From IMG/VR virus record IMGVR_UViG_3300046787_000286, positions 124,001-188,000 of that record: a stretch of 64,000 nt of DNA; one strand, given 5' to 3'. This document shows, in pieces, positions 27,235 through 37,104 of the stretch. The notes below the pieces were generated by a model. The model had not been told where the DNA came from. It worked only from the letters and a program-made list of their open reading frames with translations, and made no database searches. Both the position numbers and the translations under genes were made by a program. The stretch's first letter is position 1; each line of letters starts with the position of its first letter.

Positions 27235-28154
27235 TGTAGTTGGCTCAATTCAATTAATGTTGCACTAAGGTTGATCTCGGGGTCTGCAACCATAGTATTG
27301 TTTACTAAACCATTGCGAATAATCACAATAGCTTGGTCTTGTTGTTCAGTTGTTTTACCAAACAAGTTCACGTTGTCGTACATCCAACGGAACACATCTT
27401 CTGCTTCTTCGGGACTTGCGCTTTGGCACAATAACTTGCGAGCTTCTAGCACACGACCATGCTTGAACAAGTCCACACAGTCCAGTTTCCAGTCACGAGT
27501 GCTTCGGTCAGCTTCACTGGGAGGTACTAGTTTGTTACTCTGAGAGTTAAGTTGAATCAAATTCAAACACTTGCGCAAGTCTGGATAAGTTGCTTTGACA
27601 TAACTGTCTAGTGTATCTAAGTCAAACTCCACGCCTTCTGTTACTAACACAGTAGCAGCTCTAGCAGTAAATTCTGTTTGATCTGTTTTGGTAATGTGAA
27701 AGCCTTGACAACGTGAATGCAATGGCGGGATAATCTTGTTGGGATAGTTACAAGTTAGAATAAAACGCACACTCTGACTGTAGTCTTCCATCAAGTTACG
27801 CATGGCAGGCTGAACTGAGTTAGGGTTTAGATAGTCAGCTTCGTCAATCAGCACAACCTTGAACTTGCCAAACGGCATGGTTTGACAGAAGCTAATCAGC
27901 TTGTCTACCCATTCAATCTTGCGACCTTCTTTGGATCCGTTAGCAAACATGATATCATATTCGTCTACGCCCAATTCATTGATCAGCATCTTGGCAAGAG
28001 TTGTCTTGCCTGTGCCTGGCGATCCTGACAACAACAAATGCGGAATTGATCCGTCCTTGATCCAGCTTTGTACTTGATCTCTCTGTGCTTCGTCTACAAA
28101 CACATAACCGTCTACTGTGTTAGGACGGTACTTTTCTACCCATAATTCTTTCAT
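27231..28154 (-). CDS. sliding clamp loader ATPase subunit (T4 gp44/RFC-like)
   Basis: LWVEKYRP, GSPGTGKT, LIDEAD, SRC motif. Confidence 0.93.
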   Translation of the reverse strand: MKELWVEKYRPNTVDGYVFVDEAQRDQVQSWIKDGSIPHLLLSGSPGTGKTTLAKMLINELGVDEYDIMFANGSKEGRKIEWVDKLISFCQTMPFGKFKVVLIDEADYLNPNSVQPAMRNLMEDYSQSVRFILTCNYPNKIIPPLHSRCQGFHITKTDQTEFTARAATVLVTEGVEFDLDTLDSYVKATYPDLRKCLNLIQLNSQSNKLVPPSEADRSTRDWKLDCVDLFKHGRVLEARKLLCQSASPEEAEDVFRWMYDNVNLFGKTTEQQDQAIVIIRNGLVNNTMVADPEINLSATLIELSQLQ

Positions 28155-28402
28155 TGGTATCTGCTTCCTGGTTGTCCGGGGTCATTACTTCCGGTGCATG
28201 CTAAGTTATGATTAGTTGATTTGGGGCAACGCTTGTTGCCGCAATCTGGACACACAATAAACGTGGTGTAAGTTTTTTTCCACCCGTGTTCATCTGTAAT
28301 CTTGTTTAAACAATTATAACACCAACAGGTGTAATTGTTAACCTGCTGTGTTGCCAGATTGCTCTGTCCGATTAAATTCTTCCAAACGCTTTTGATATTC
28401 AT
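28151..28402 (-). CDS. small Cys-rich zinc-finger protein
   Basis: CWCYNC, CPDCGNKRCPK. Confidence 0.7.
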   Translation of the reverse strand: MNIKSVWKNLIGQSNLATQQVNNYTCWCYNCLNKITDEHGWKKTYTTFIVCPDCGNKRCPKSTNHNLACTGSNDPGQPGSRYQ

Positions 28403-28565
28403 CTTCTGTTAATCCGTGCCAACCAATACACTTGCCTGTTGGGCTGCGTCCGCAACCGCACTTGCCAAAATCTTCACCGTTGTCTTTTGTTCTTGGTGTC
28501 ATACGACTCTTTCTATTCATTCTTTCCAAACTATTACTAAATTCTTCTTTACTCATCTTCGTCAT
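28338..28565 (-). CDS. small Cys/His protein resembling a CDGSH-type metal-binding motif
   Basis: CGCGRSPTGKCIGWH. Confidence 0.55.
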   Translation of the reverse strand: MTKMSKEEFSNSLERMNRKSRMTPRTKDNGEDFGKCGCGRSPTGKCIGWHGLTEDEYQKRLEEFNRTEQSGNTAG

Positions 28566-28845
28566 CTATTACTTCTTCTAGCTCTTCGAAACCTTCGCAA
28601 TTGTGAAGATTGTATTCTATGTTGCCTACACGCCAACTCTCTGTCCATACGTGCTGATTGTTTGATTGCTCTCCGGGCCCTAATAAACGTAGCATGGTTA
28701 ACACTTGCTCACGTTCTTCGCCCTGAAGTGATCTACGCTTTTTAAGTAGTCCTAGCCCTTTTAAAAATCTTCTAGCTGTTTCGGGATCTTTTGTTACGTC
28801 TCTGGCAACGGCTCGAATCTGCTCTAAGTATTCTGCATGAGTCAT
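28549..28845 (-). CDS. hypothetical protein
   Basis: coupled ORF in gene string. Confidence 0.65.
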   Translation of the reverse strand: MTHAEYLEQIRAVARDVTKDPETARRFLKGLGLLKKRRSLQGEEREQVLTMLRLLGPGEQSNNQHVWTESWRVGNIEYNLHNCEGFEELEEVIDDEDE

Positions 28846-28846
28846 T

Positions 28847-29083
28847 TTATTCTTCGTATGCAGGGTTAGGGAATTCTAATTCAAACACATGCCATTTGGG
28901 CTTGGAGTTTCCTGATGTGGTATCTTTCAACAACTCTAGTGTACGGTTGTGTTCGGCTTCGTGCAAGGTGGAGTAAAATCCAACGCCGAGCGTTGCACCT
29001 ACTCCGCCGTAGCTAAATGTCAACCCAGTTTGCTTGACCAGTTGATACACTTTTAGTGTTTTAGGTGCCTTGATTGGTTCCAC
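28847..29083 (-). CDS. hypothetical protein
   Basis: coupled ORF in gene string. Confidence 0.65.
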   Translation of the reverse strand: MEPIKAPKTLKVYQLVKQTGLTFSYGGVGATLGVGFYSTLHEAEHNRTLELLKDTTSGNSKPKWHVFELEFPNPAYEE

Positions 29084-29552
29084 GTAACAGTTCCTTTTCT
29101 ACTTCGGCAGCAACCACACGCTTGCGAAGGCTTGAGCTGGAGAATGAGTGATCCCTGCCATTGAAAATAATTTCAATGCCGCGCTGCTTACATTCCCACA
29201 TTCCAGAGAAATCTTTATCTGCGTATTCTATTCCAAGCACACGAACATCCAAGGGCAGGATTAGCAGAAGGTCAACAAGATCTTGTTCTGTTTGATACAC
29301 AACAACTTCATCAACATAACGGCATGCGGAAAGCTGTATTTGTCGCTCAACAATAGATTGTATAGGGCGATTTTTAGTGTCAGGACGATCGATAGTTGGG
29401 TCTGTCTGGAGCCCACAGATGAGGTAGTCACAGTGATTCTTGGCTTCCGAGAGCATAGCAATGTGGCCCGCGTGGAGCATGTCAAAGGTTGAGAAAGTGA
29501 TGCCAATTCGTTTACCTTCTGACTTGAGTTTTTTAATGTGATTAAAAATCAT
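29061..29552 (-). CDS. cytidylyltransferase (TagD/RfaE-like)
   Basis: FSTFDMLHAGH, CRYVDEV, SSSSLRKR. Confidence 0.88.
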   Translation of the reverse strand: MIFNHIKKLKSEGKRIGITFSTFDMLHAGHIAMLSEAKNHCDYLICGLQTDPTIDRPDTKNRPIQSIVERQIQLSACRYVDEVVVYQTEQDLVDLLLILPLDVRVLGIEYADKDFSGMWECKQRGIEIIFNGRDHSFSSSSLRKRVVAAEVEKELLRGTNQGT

Positions 29553-29758
29553 AGGCTGAATTCACTTAGTGCTGCTTTGATGTTGGCAAGATCACTTGGC
29601 TCTAGGCACAAGTCAAAATGCACACGCTCATCTTCGGGATGTTTAGATCCATCATATGTAGTAGTGATTCGCAAATGAGTTAAGCCAGCTACAGCCTCAA
29701 CTGGTTTGATTTCCAGAAATGTGTTCATGCCGCCAGTGGTACTAATTAGTTTTTTCAT
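29549..29758 (-). CDS. hypothetical protein
   Basis: coupled ORF. Confidence 0.6.
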   Translation of the reverse strand: MKKLISTTGGMNTFLEIKPVEAVAGLTHLRITTTYDGSKHPEDERVHFDLCLEPSDLANIKAALSEFSL

Positions 29759-29987
29759 TTAGTCTTTTCCAAACAAGTTGTTTATCAAGTTGATCTATAA
29801 ACTCTTGTTCACCTTCAAACGTTGGTGAACCTCTTAGGAGTTCGTCTAACTGATATTTTACTATAAGCAAGTCTTGTTTGCAATGCCATTGGGTAAATCC
29901 GTCATTGTAATAGTTGTTCATGTTTGCCGAACAGGCAGAGAGTTGACGTTGAATGTCTCCAACGTCCCATCGCTTTTGGAAACCCAT
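29742..29987 (-). CDS. hypothetical protein
   Basis: coupled ORF. Confidence 0.65.
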   Translation of the reverse strand: MGFQKRWDVGDIQRQLSACSANMNNYYNDGFTQWHCKQDLLIVKYQLDELLRGSPTFEGEQEFIDQLDKQLVWKRLNEKTN

Positions 29988-29990
29988 TTG

Positions 29991-30368
29991 TTAGCCCGAA
30001 ACTGCGTTGGACATGGTGTCATCCACGCCCGGCTCTTCATCAGAAACTAGCAAAATGTCCTTGTGATCAATACGGCGAATAGTGTGTTCACCGGATTCGT
30101 CTTCTATTTCTACACCACGAGTCCATCGACCGTGTGCAACACAGATCCACTGACCTGTTTTGATTTCACTTTGGTCAGGGCCCACTGCATAAACTTGTGC
30201 CCAGCGTGGGCGAATACCGCCTGCTTTACCGTTGTCGTTGAGCATGATAATCCCCGAGCTTAGTTGACGCCCAGTAAAGTTCATATCCTTGACAATCACA
30301 TGATCGTTCAGTGGCTTGAATTGTTTCTTTTCAAATCGATGTGGTGCAAATGCAAGTTTTTGGGTCAT
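29991..30368 (-). CDS. groES: GroES-like co-chaperonin
   Basis: KPLNDHVIV, SSGIIM mobile loop, VYAVGP, IDHKDILLV. Confidence 0.8.
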   Translation of the reverse strand: MTQKLAFAPHRFEKKQFKPLNDHVIVKDMNFTGRQLSSGIIMLNDNGKAGGIRPRWAQVYAVGPDQSEIKTGQWICVAHGRWTRGVEIEDESGEHTIRRIDHKDILLVSDEEPGVDDTMSNAVSG

Positions 30369-30369
30369 A

Positions 30370-30795
30370 TTAAATCTTTTTCACTCCTGCGGATTTAGCA
30401 GCTTGTTTAGGTGGGGTTAGTTTAGTTTGTTGAACTGTTTTGGCTTTGGCGATGGCAGCAGCAAGGCCACCTTGTAATGCCGGTGCTTCTTCTTTGACAA
30501 AATCATTATCGTCAGGCAAATCAGTAAATGTATCCATTGGATCTACTGGCATTTCAACTTCTTGAGATTTAGTTGATTTTGTAACCTGTGGTTTGCTAGA
30601 CACATTAGTGTGCTTTTTATTTTGTCGTTTGATCTGTTGAGTCTTTTTGTCAATAACTTTGTTGGCGCTGTTTAATTTGTCACCTTTGGCATTAACATGC
30701 ATATTGCCAACTGCTCGCACGCCTTCGTTTTGAAGCATCAAGGCTCCCATATCAACAACTTTGCCCATTGCTGTTCGGTATTGTTTTCTAGTCAT
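30370..30795 (-). CDS. hypothetical late protein
   Basis: TAAATA and AGGAG upstream. Confidence 0.7.
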   Translation of the reverse strand: MTRKQYRTAMGKVVDMGALMLQNEGVRAVGNMHVNAKGDKLNSANKVIDKKTQQIKRQNKKHTNVSSKPQVTKSTKSQEVEMPVDPMDTFTDLPDDNDFVKEEAPALQGGLAAAIAKAKTVQQTKLTPPKQAAKSAGVKKI

Positions 30796-30815
30796 AATTT
30801 TCTCCTGTGTGGTAT

Positions 30816-31334
30816 TTAACGCAAGAACTCGTGTGGGTCTAAATCATAGAACATACTGTCAATGCGGTGTACTCCTAGCAAGTATAACACATAACTGGCT
30901 ACACTAGAGCCACGACCTACACCCCAGATAACATTATTTTCTTTTAGTACGTTAACCAAATAGTGCAGATAACGTAGTAAATTAAATAAGTCTCGTTCTT
31001 GATACAATAGTAGTTCTTCGCCTACCCGTTGTAGTTCTGCATCGGTTTTGCAAAGACCTAGAATGTGTTCTGCAATATCTAGGTCTTGGTATTGTTGTGG
31101 CATTTTCCAATTGTTTTGGCAACGGTGGTCAAAGTCTTCAGTTGAGCCCGACTCTGCCAATTCATTGTAACGAATAAACAACGGAACGTCTTCAATGATC
31201 GACACTGCAACTTCTAGATCTACAGTTTGATCTACAATTACATCTTTTAGTGCGGTAATGTCTCTGCCTTGCATTAGAAGATTACATAGGTCTTCCTCGG
31301 CAAAGATCATCTCACCATTAGTGTTTTGTCTCAT
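30816..31334 (-). CDS. dnaE: DNA polymerase III alpha (family C) fragment
   Basis: RVGEEL, GVGRGSSVASYVLYLLGVHRID; ends before the catalytic PDxD motif. Confidence 0.8.
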   Translation of the reverse strand: MRQNTNGEMIFAEEDLCNLLMQGRDITALKDVIVDQTVDLEVAVSIIEDVPLFIRYNELAESGSTEDFDHRCQNNWKMPQQYQDLDIAEHILGLCKTDAELQRVGEELLLYQERDLFNLLRYLHYLVNVLKENNVIWGVGRGSSVASYVLYLLGVHRIDSMFYDLDPHEFLR

Positions 31335-31938
31335 TCTCAGTATGTCCAAAATTAGCAAATACAACTTGGCCTAAGTCAGTTGTAACTTCTGCATGTGTCC
31401 AGCCTAATTCCTGATCTTCCCAATCTGTGTTGGCGCCAATAGATACAACATTTTCGGCACCCTCGTCGTCATCAAACTCAATGTTGCTATGAGAAAGGGT
31501 AGCATCATGCCACCAGCCTGTTTCGGGAAATAACTCAGTGTGTTCAGTCTCGTTGTGGAAGTATTCAATCCCATCGCCGGCTTCGCTACTCATTACTAGT
31601 TCAGTAATTTTCATTCTACCTTCCATGATGGCATTGAGCTTGTGGTATAGCATGATACAAACAACTTGATCAACTGGCTCTTCGGGCAATGTTGTAACAT
31701 TCAACCCAACGTCGGCAAATGCTTCTGCTCGCTCTACATCTGCTTGATTAATAAACACAGTGCTATGAAGTTCGTTAATCAAGAAATACTTAACACGATC
31801 GAGCGCAATGTTTTGATCTTGCGGGTCCAGAGTCTGTGTTAGAAAGTTAAGAGCTAACGTATAGTTGGTCATCATTAACTCATCGTCAAACCATACGGCG
31901 GCTGGAAAAGTAATATTGTATCGTAGTCTAACGTTCAT
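31318..31938 (-). CDS. hypothetical protein
   Basis: 206 aa acidic ORF. Confidence 0.75.
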   Translation of the reverse strand: MNVRLRYNITFPAAVWFDDELMMTNYTLALNFLTQTLDPQDQNIALDRVKYFLINELHSTVFINQADVERAEAFADVGLNVTTLPEEPVDQVVCIMLYHKLNAIMEGRMKITELVMSSEAGDGIEYFHNETEHTELFPETGWWHDATLSHSNIEFDDDEGAENVVSIGANTDWEDQELGWTHAEVTTDLGQVVFANFGHTENETKH

Positions 31939-32177
31939 TGTATGTTAATCTTATCGTTAAGATTTTTGCCAAGATCTTTGTTAGCAGCTTGGTAAATTTC
32001 TTGTAGTCGTTGGGAATGTTTTGCTTGATAACTTTCGATAGCCATTCTAATTTGATTGCAGAGATGGCCATTGCCCATGCTCTGGGCAATTCGAAGTTTG
32101 TTGTTTAGTTCAGAGATTTTAGCCCCCAACTCGTCAATTTTAAGTTCGTCGAGATTGGGGATTAGAGGATGTTCCAT
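31935..32177 (-). CDS. small coiled-coil protein
   Basis: 80 aa; TTGACA-N17-TAAACT 6 nt upstream. Confidence 0.7.
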   Translation of the reverse strand: MEHPLIPNLDELKIDELGAKISELNNKLRIAQSMGNGHLCNQIRMAIESYQAKHSQRLQEIYQAANKDLGKNLNDKINIQ

Positions 32178-32221
32178 GTATATAGTTTATAACATACACG
32201 AGATGTTGTCAATGCTTTTGG

Positions 32222-33136
32222 TTAGGCAAGTGTTGGGAATGTATCGCTTACACCTGGGCCAACACCAGTAACAAACCACTTTGAGTTAATATACATTAGG
32301 GTTGCAGTTTGACCAAACTCAGTAAATGTCACTGTACCTGTGCCCGAAGATTTCCAGCCAGCGTTTGTTACTGTAACAATTCGTGTGTCGCTTGAGTTGC
32401 CTTCGGCATAATACGCTAGCACTTTTACTTGACCGTTTACGCCAGCGGCTAGAGTGTTAGTTTCACCTGTGCCAGCTGTGGTAAAGTATTCGGTAGTCAG
32501 TGCCAAGTTAGATGCACCTGACGCTGCAATAGTTGCTGAACTGTTGTTAAATGGTGCAAGTTCTTTGTTTGATTCTACCACTGTAATAGTTGTGCCACCA
32601 TCGCTAGTGATGAATTGGAACAGATATGTTCCAGTAGCAGCAAAAGTAATTACGTTAGTTGACGTATTAAGACCTTGAATACCTTGAGCATTTACGCTAA
32701 CGGCCGAAGGTAATGTCAGTGTGTAACTTGTGCTAGCTACTCCGACTTGAACATACACAATACCCACTGTGCCAGCAGCTGGGAAATTACTAAATCCCAA
32801 GCTAACCGATGCACCAGTTGTTAGTGTATGAAAATGCCCTAGTGCATAGTTAATAGTTTGGCTACCGCTAACAGTGCCAAGTGCAACTCTAGAAAGTCCA
32901 AAGTCTGCTATAACACCATTGTATACCAAACTACCGAGCATGTTGTTGTCTAAAGTAGTTCCGGCAAGTGCTGCCTTGAGAATTGCGTTTGATTGCAAAT
33001 CTGTAATTTCGTCAGATGCATACTGGAAATTGGTTTTTGTGTTTGTGAAATTATCACGGAACCCTTGTGAGTTATTGTCCTGCCCTGCTACTGGGTAGGT
33101 TCCGTCGATGTTATTCGGGTTAATATTACTTGTCAT
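32222..33136 (-). CDS. virion structural protein (baseplate/tail-associated)
   Basis: T/G/S/N-rich beta composition, N-terminal YPVAGQDNNSQGFRDNF, in structural operon. Confidence 0.7.
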   Translation of the reverse strand: MTSNINPNNIDGTYPVAGQDNNSQGFRDNFTNTKTNFQYASDEITDLQSNAILKAALAGTTLDNNMLGSLVYNGVIADFGLSRVALGTVSGSQTINYALGHFHTLTTGASVSLGFSNFPAAGTVGIVYVQVGVASTSYTLTLPSAVSVNAQGIQGLNTSTNVITFAATGTYLFQFITSDGGTTITVVESNKELAPFNNSSATIAASGASNLALTTEYFTTAGTGETNTLAAGVNGQVKVLAYYAEGNSSDTRIVTVTNAGWKSSGTGTVTFTEFGQTATLMYINSKWFVTGVGPGVSDTFPTLA

Positions 33137-33139
33137 AGT

Positions 33140-36013
33140 TTATCCTAAAATTGTTTGTTTGGGAAATACAAGATATTTATCGTATATCTGTGTATTGGTA
33201 TACATATCTACCGGCGCAATGAATCTCACGCTTTGGCCGTCGAACGTTGTTTCATCTTCGCCGACTACTTCTATATCCCAGGTAGCCCCAGAACCTGTAC
33301 CAGTAACGTTTGTGCCGGCTATGTTGTAATAGACATTGCCTACACTAAACATCGGTGCAGTTCCTTGGCAAAATACTTGCTCAATAGTTCCGTTTGTGTC
33401 AACTACTGCCACAGTTAATGTTATATCGTTTAGCGTATTAGTGCCGCCCACTTGCGATCCGTTGATGCGAATGACATCACCAACTGCATATCCTGTTCCG
33501 CCGACAAATACAAAACTTGAATCATTTGGCACAGGTAATTGATAGTGTGCATTGTAATCGAATGTGGTTTCTGCAGGGGTCGGTTCCCAGGCACCAGTAC
33601 TGCTGTCAGCAATCGGATCCCAATTCTTGCTGAGCAAGCGGTCTAACTCATATCTATCAACTTCAAAATCAATTAGGTTCAAACGCTCACCAAACTTGGT
33701 TTTGATATAATAAGCTATCTGATCGCCTTTGCCTGGCTTGGCATAAGCTAATACCCAAGAAGGAGTGAACCCGAGCACTTTTCCGTCGGCTTGTTTTGAT
33801 GTCATCCACAATGGTAATACATCGTCGACTTCGCCAACTGTATCAATAACTTGATCTCTCATGTTGATCAGGCTGTTTGGGTAAACTACAGATACTTCTG
33901 TAGAATCATCTTCGTTAATCGGGTATGGCAACGTAACTTGCTTGCTAACGCTTTCGCCTTCGTTGTTTAATAAATTGTCAATCACACGGCTGTAAATTAC
34001 TTCGTAAATCACTACGCCTGCTGTGTTGCGAGCTTGGGCAACACTAACTTCGCCTAGTGTTAGATTTTTCCAGTAATGATTTTCATACAGGCTGCTAACA
34101 TATTCGTCGTATGTGGCTGCTGTTAATCCAAACGCATGATCATAAACAACTTTTGTAGCTCTTCCAAAATTTGGATCGGTGGGGCGATACAATAAGTCAG
34201 GCTGGAATATGTCTGCATTCTGTAATAAATCTTGTATTAACGCACGATCATTTTCTGGTGGCATTGCCTCAATGTAAAGATTATCGTAAGGCTCGTTATA
34301 CAAGCGTTTTACTGTGACACTAAATTCTTTAGATACATTTACCAATCCATTTGAACTAAATGCTCGAACTGTGAACACATGGGTCATGTCAAATGTTGTT
34401 TCAGTGTCTTGTCCTGTGATTGACAAGTCGTTCATGGTAACGTCGAATGTTGTTGTGCCTAAGTCCAGTGCAAATGTATCAAAGCTCACACGACCTGCAA
34501 TATCGCCCGAAGGCAATAACGCTAATCCTTGTGGCAAACTTGATGTACTTCCGTTTAGCAATTCATATTGCAACGGAATACCGGCTGTGTTATAAGCAGC
34601 GACATATAGTGTGCTGGTTGCGCCATTAACAATAGTGCCCAAATCTGCGTCAACTAGCCAGGTAATTTCTGTATCAACTGCACCAATGATTGACAGGCTG
34701 TAGCTATATTCGTTGCTAATCAGCGGATCAATGTCTTTGCTAATTCTAACACTAAATGTATATTCACGTTCGGTTAATCCCAAGTTTGGAATATATCCGT
34801 ATAACCATCCAGAGTTTTGATCTAGTGTGAGCCCAGGGATGCCCGAACTGTCGCCTGCATCGTATATCAATTCAAAATCAACTTGGTCGCCGTCAAGGTC
34901 GAGCCCGATGAATTGATAAGCGAACCAGTTGTCATTTCTAACTGTGCCAATTGTTCCTTCGGGGTTGGTAATAATTGGTGGGCGAATTGGTGTTACGTCT
35001 GCTGTGACAAAAGTGTTGTCAGCAGTGATATCTGTAGTATCTGCACTCAAGCTATCCTTGCTGTAAACGTAGATACTAAAGGTTCGTAAATCACTATATA
35101 CCCCGTCAGAGATTTCCAATGTAAATTCGTAATTGGAATTGTAACTCATGGTGCTAAAGTCGAAACTATATTCGTCGTAACCTTGCCCATCGCGGCCAAA
35201 CCCAGCTTCTGCATCGTTTGATGCAAGTGGTGTAATGAACCCTGAAATTAACCCCGTGCTCGATATACCAAGACCTTTGGGTAAAGTTCCACCTACTAGT
35301 TTAACAACTACTTCGGCATTGGGGTCCACATCAGTATATTCAATTTGTAAACCTGCAACTAAACTGCCGTCGTAGTATTGTGCAATTTGCCCACTAGGTG
35401 TGGTAAACTCAGGAGGATTAGGTCCTGTAACAGTTAATGTAAATGTTCTATCACGGATTTGATCTACAACGTAATTGCTGCCGACATATTTTTTTGTATA
35501 AGCTCTAACAGTAAACTTGCTAGTTACGTCTACTGCAACTTGTGTAGGGACGCCCTGAATACTTGCAACAGCTTTTGGTGTGCCGATAATTAACCCGTTA
35601 TCAGCTACTTGAATTCCAGAAGGAAGCTGACCAGCTTGTAGATTAAAAAGAATGTGCTGTTTAAATTCTGCAGGCATTGTGCCCGATGCAGTTGTTAGCG
35701 TAATTGGGGTAGTTGTAAATTCTGATGTTGTAATGGAAAATTGTGTGCTGTTGTACACATCCAGCACAAAGTATCTTGTTAGGGCACTTATGCCACCGTA
35801 CACTAACCCGGTGGTTCCGCCAAACATTACGTTTAGCCCAGGGTAAATATTTGCTGTACTATCACACGTGATTCTGTTTGTAGTACCGCTTGTGGCTGTG
35901 CAAGTTACATTAGCTACAACAGGTGTGTCGGCCAACATGGCCAGCTGATAAAACACCCCTTCCGGGATGCTACCTAAAGTGCCTGCGGGCGTGATCCAGA
36001 CCGGTTGCGACAT
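33140..36013 (-). CDS. large baseplate-associated protein with Ig-like repeats
   Basis: 957 aa; repeated GxLPxGL...GxISG Ig-like units. Confidence 0.7.
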   Translation of the reverse strand: MSQPVWITPAGTLGSIPEGVFYQLAMLADTPVVANVTCTATSGTTNRITCDSTANIYPGLNVMFGGTTGLVYGGISALTRYFVLDVYNSTQFSITTSEFTTTPITLTTASGTMPAEFKQHILFNLQAGQLPSGIQVADNGLIIGTPKAVASIQGVPTQVAVDVTSKFTVRAYTKKYVGSNYVVDQIRDRTFTLTVTGPNPPEFTTPSGQIAQYYDGSLVAGLQIEYTDVDPNAEVVVKLVGGTLPKGLGISSTGLISGFITPLASNDAEAGFGRDGQGYDEYSFDFSTMSYNSNYEFTLEISDGVYSDLRTFSIYVYSKDSLSADTTDITADNTFVTADVTPIRPPIITNPEGTIGTVRNDNWFAYQFIGLDLDGDQVDFELIYDAGDSSGIPGLTLDQNSGWLYGYIPNLGLTEREYTFSVRISKDIDPLISNEYSYSLSIIGAVDTEITWLVDADLGTIVNGATSTLYVAAYNTAGIPLQYELLNGSTSSLPQGLALLPSGDIAGRVSFDTFALDLGTTTFDVTMNDLSITGQDTETTFDMTHVFTVRAFSSNGLVNVSKEFSVTVKRLYNEPYDNLYIEAMPPENDRALIQDLLQNADIFQPDLLYRPTDPNFGRATKVVYDHAFGLTAATYDEYVSSLYENHYWKNLTLGEVSVAQARNTAGVVIYEVIYSRVIDNLLNNEGESVSKQVTLPYPINEDDSTEVSVVYPNSLINMRDQVIDTVGEVDDVLPLWMTSKQADGKVLGFTPSWVLAYAKPGKGDQIAYYIKTKFGERLNLIDFEVDRYELDRLLSKNWDPIADSSTGAWEPTPAETTFDYNAHYQLPVPNDSSFVFVGGTGYAVGDVIRINGSQVGGTNTLNDITLTVAVVDTNGTIEQVFCQGTAPMFSVGNVYYNIAGTNVTGTGSGATWDIEVVGEDETTFDGQSVRFIAPVDMYTNTQIYDKYLVFPKQTILG

Positions 36014-36016
36014 GAT

Positions 36017-36283
36017 TTACCAAGGTGTGGTGTCAAACGCCACACGTCTCCAAATTTCAGTTGATGTATCGTAGTTCGACAAACATACGTACAAATACTG
36101 ATCATCAAACGCAATCATTCCTGCTGCGTCGCCGTTGGTTCCGGCAGGGCTAGCAGGTGGTGCTTCTTGAACTCGGCTGTAAAGTTCGGCGAAATTGTCG
36201 TTACATTTAATGTAGGCTGTGCGTATTGCATCGCCTTGCCCGTCATTTGGGGTAGTTCCTACATTGATTACTTGTAATGTCAT
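36017..36283 (-). CDS. mini fibre/baseplate-anchor protein
   Basis: INVGTTPNDGQGDAIRTAYIKCNDNF matches the N-terminus of the 59542 fibre. Confidence 0.7.
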   Translation of the reverse strand: MTLQVINVGTTPNDGQGDAIRTAYIKCNDNFAELYSRVQEAPPASPAGTNGDAAGMIAFDDQYLYVCLSNYDTSTEIWRRVAFDTTPW

Positions 36284-36329
36284 TATTGAATCCTCTGGCA
36301 AGTATTTACCAGAAATTCAAAAGGACAAG

Positions 36330-36872
36330 TTACAGACGTTCGTTGCAAACGTCCCAGTTGATAATTTTCCAGATATTATCTAGGTACTTTTCTTTATCGC
36401 TTTGGTAGTCTAGCGCCCAGGCATGCTCCCACCAGTCTACTAGCACTGCAATATCTGTGCGAACTTGGTGATTTGGGATTGTTTTGATAGCACCACTAGT
36501 GCTCAAGTAGACCCACCCGGAACCTTGGATTTTCATTGCTTCTTCTTTGAACGCAATCTTGAAATCTTCGTAGGTTTTAAAGTGCTCTTCGATTAGCGTG
36601 AGTATTGCACCACGGGGTTTGTTTGCGCCCTTAGGAGCCCTAAGCTGAGGGAAGAACTTATTGTGTAAAAAACTGCCAGCACGATTAAAATTCGCATTAC
36701 CTTCTCCTGCGTTATAACGTTTTGCATAGCCCTTGGCTAGATGCTCATAGTGATAGTCAATTGTTTCTGCGCTCATTACAGGGTCAAGGTCTTTGACACC
36801 GTAGGGCAGGGGAGTGGTTTCCAGTTTTGCTGGACGGGTACTTGCTTCGATTAAGTCAATTTGTTCACGCAT
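36330..36872 (-). CDS. sod: Fe/Mn superoxide dismutase
   Basis: LPYGVKDLDP, HYEH, LHNKFF, QGSGWVYL, DWWEHAWALDY. Confidence 0.9.
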   Translation of the reverse strand: MREQIDLIEASTRPAKLETTPLPYGVKDLDPVMSAETIDYHYEHLAKGYAKRYNAGEGNANFNRAGSFLHNKFFPQLRAPKGANKPRGAILTLIEEHFKTYEDFKIAFKEEAMKIQGSGWVYLSTSGAIKTIPNHQVRTDIAVLVDWWEHAWALDYQSDKEKYLDNIWKIINWDVCNERL

Positions 36873-36879
36873 CTAATAT

Positions 36880-37098
36880 TTAGCGTCTACGTGTAATACG
36901 CCCTTTAGTAAGGTCGTAAGGTGAAAATTCTAGCTCAACTCGATCGCCCAAAAGGACTTTAATGTTGTGTTTTCTCATGCGGCCCGATAAGTGGGCTAAC
37001 ACCAATGTTTCTACGTTATCTAATTTTACACGAAACATAGTAGCGGGTAGCACCTCAAGGATCTTGCCCTCCATGTTAATAATATCTTCTTTTGCCAT
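36880..37098 (-). CDS. infA: translation initiation factor IF-1
   Basis: [11 protein letters not shown]...AHLSGRMR...[21 protein letters not shown]. Confidence 0.95.
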   Translation of the reverse strand: MAKEDIINMEGKILEVLPATMFRVKLDNVETLVLAHLSGRMRKHNIKVLLGDRVELEFSPYDLTKGRITRRR

Positions 37099-37104
37099 AA
37101 GCAA

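Noticed and set aside
31318-31938. Possible QueD/T-fold enzyme
   Set aside because: No recognisable catalytic His/Cys motifs
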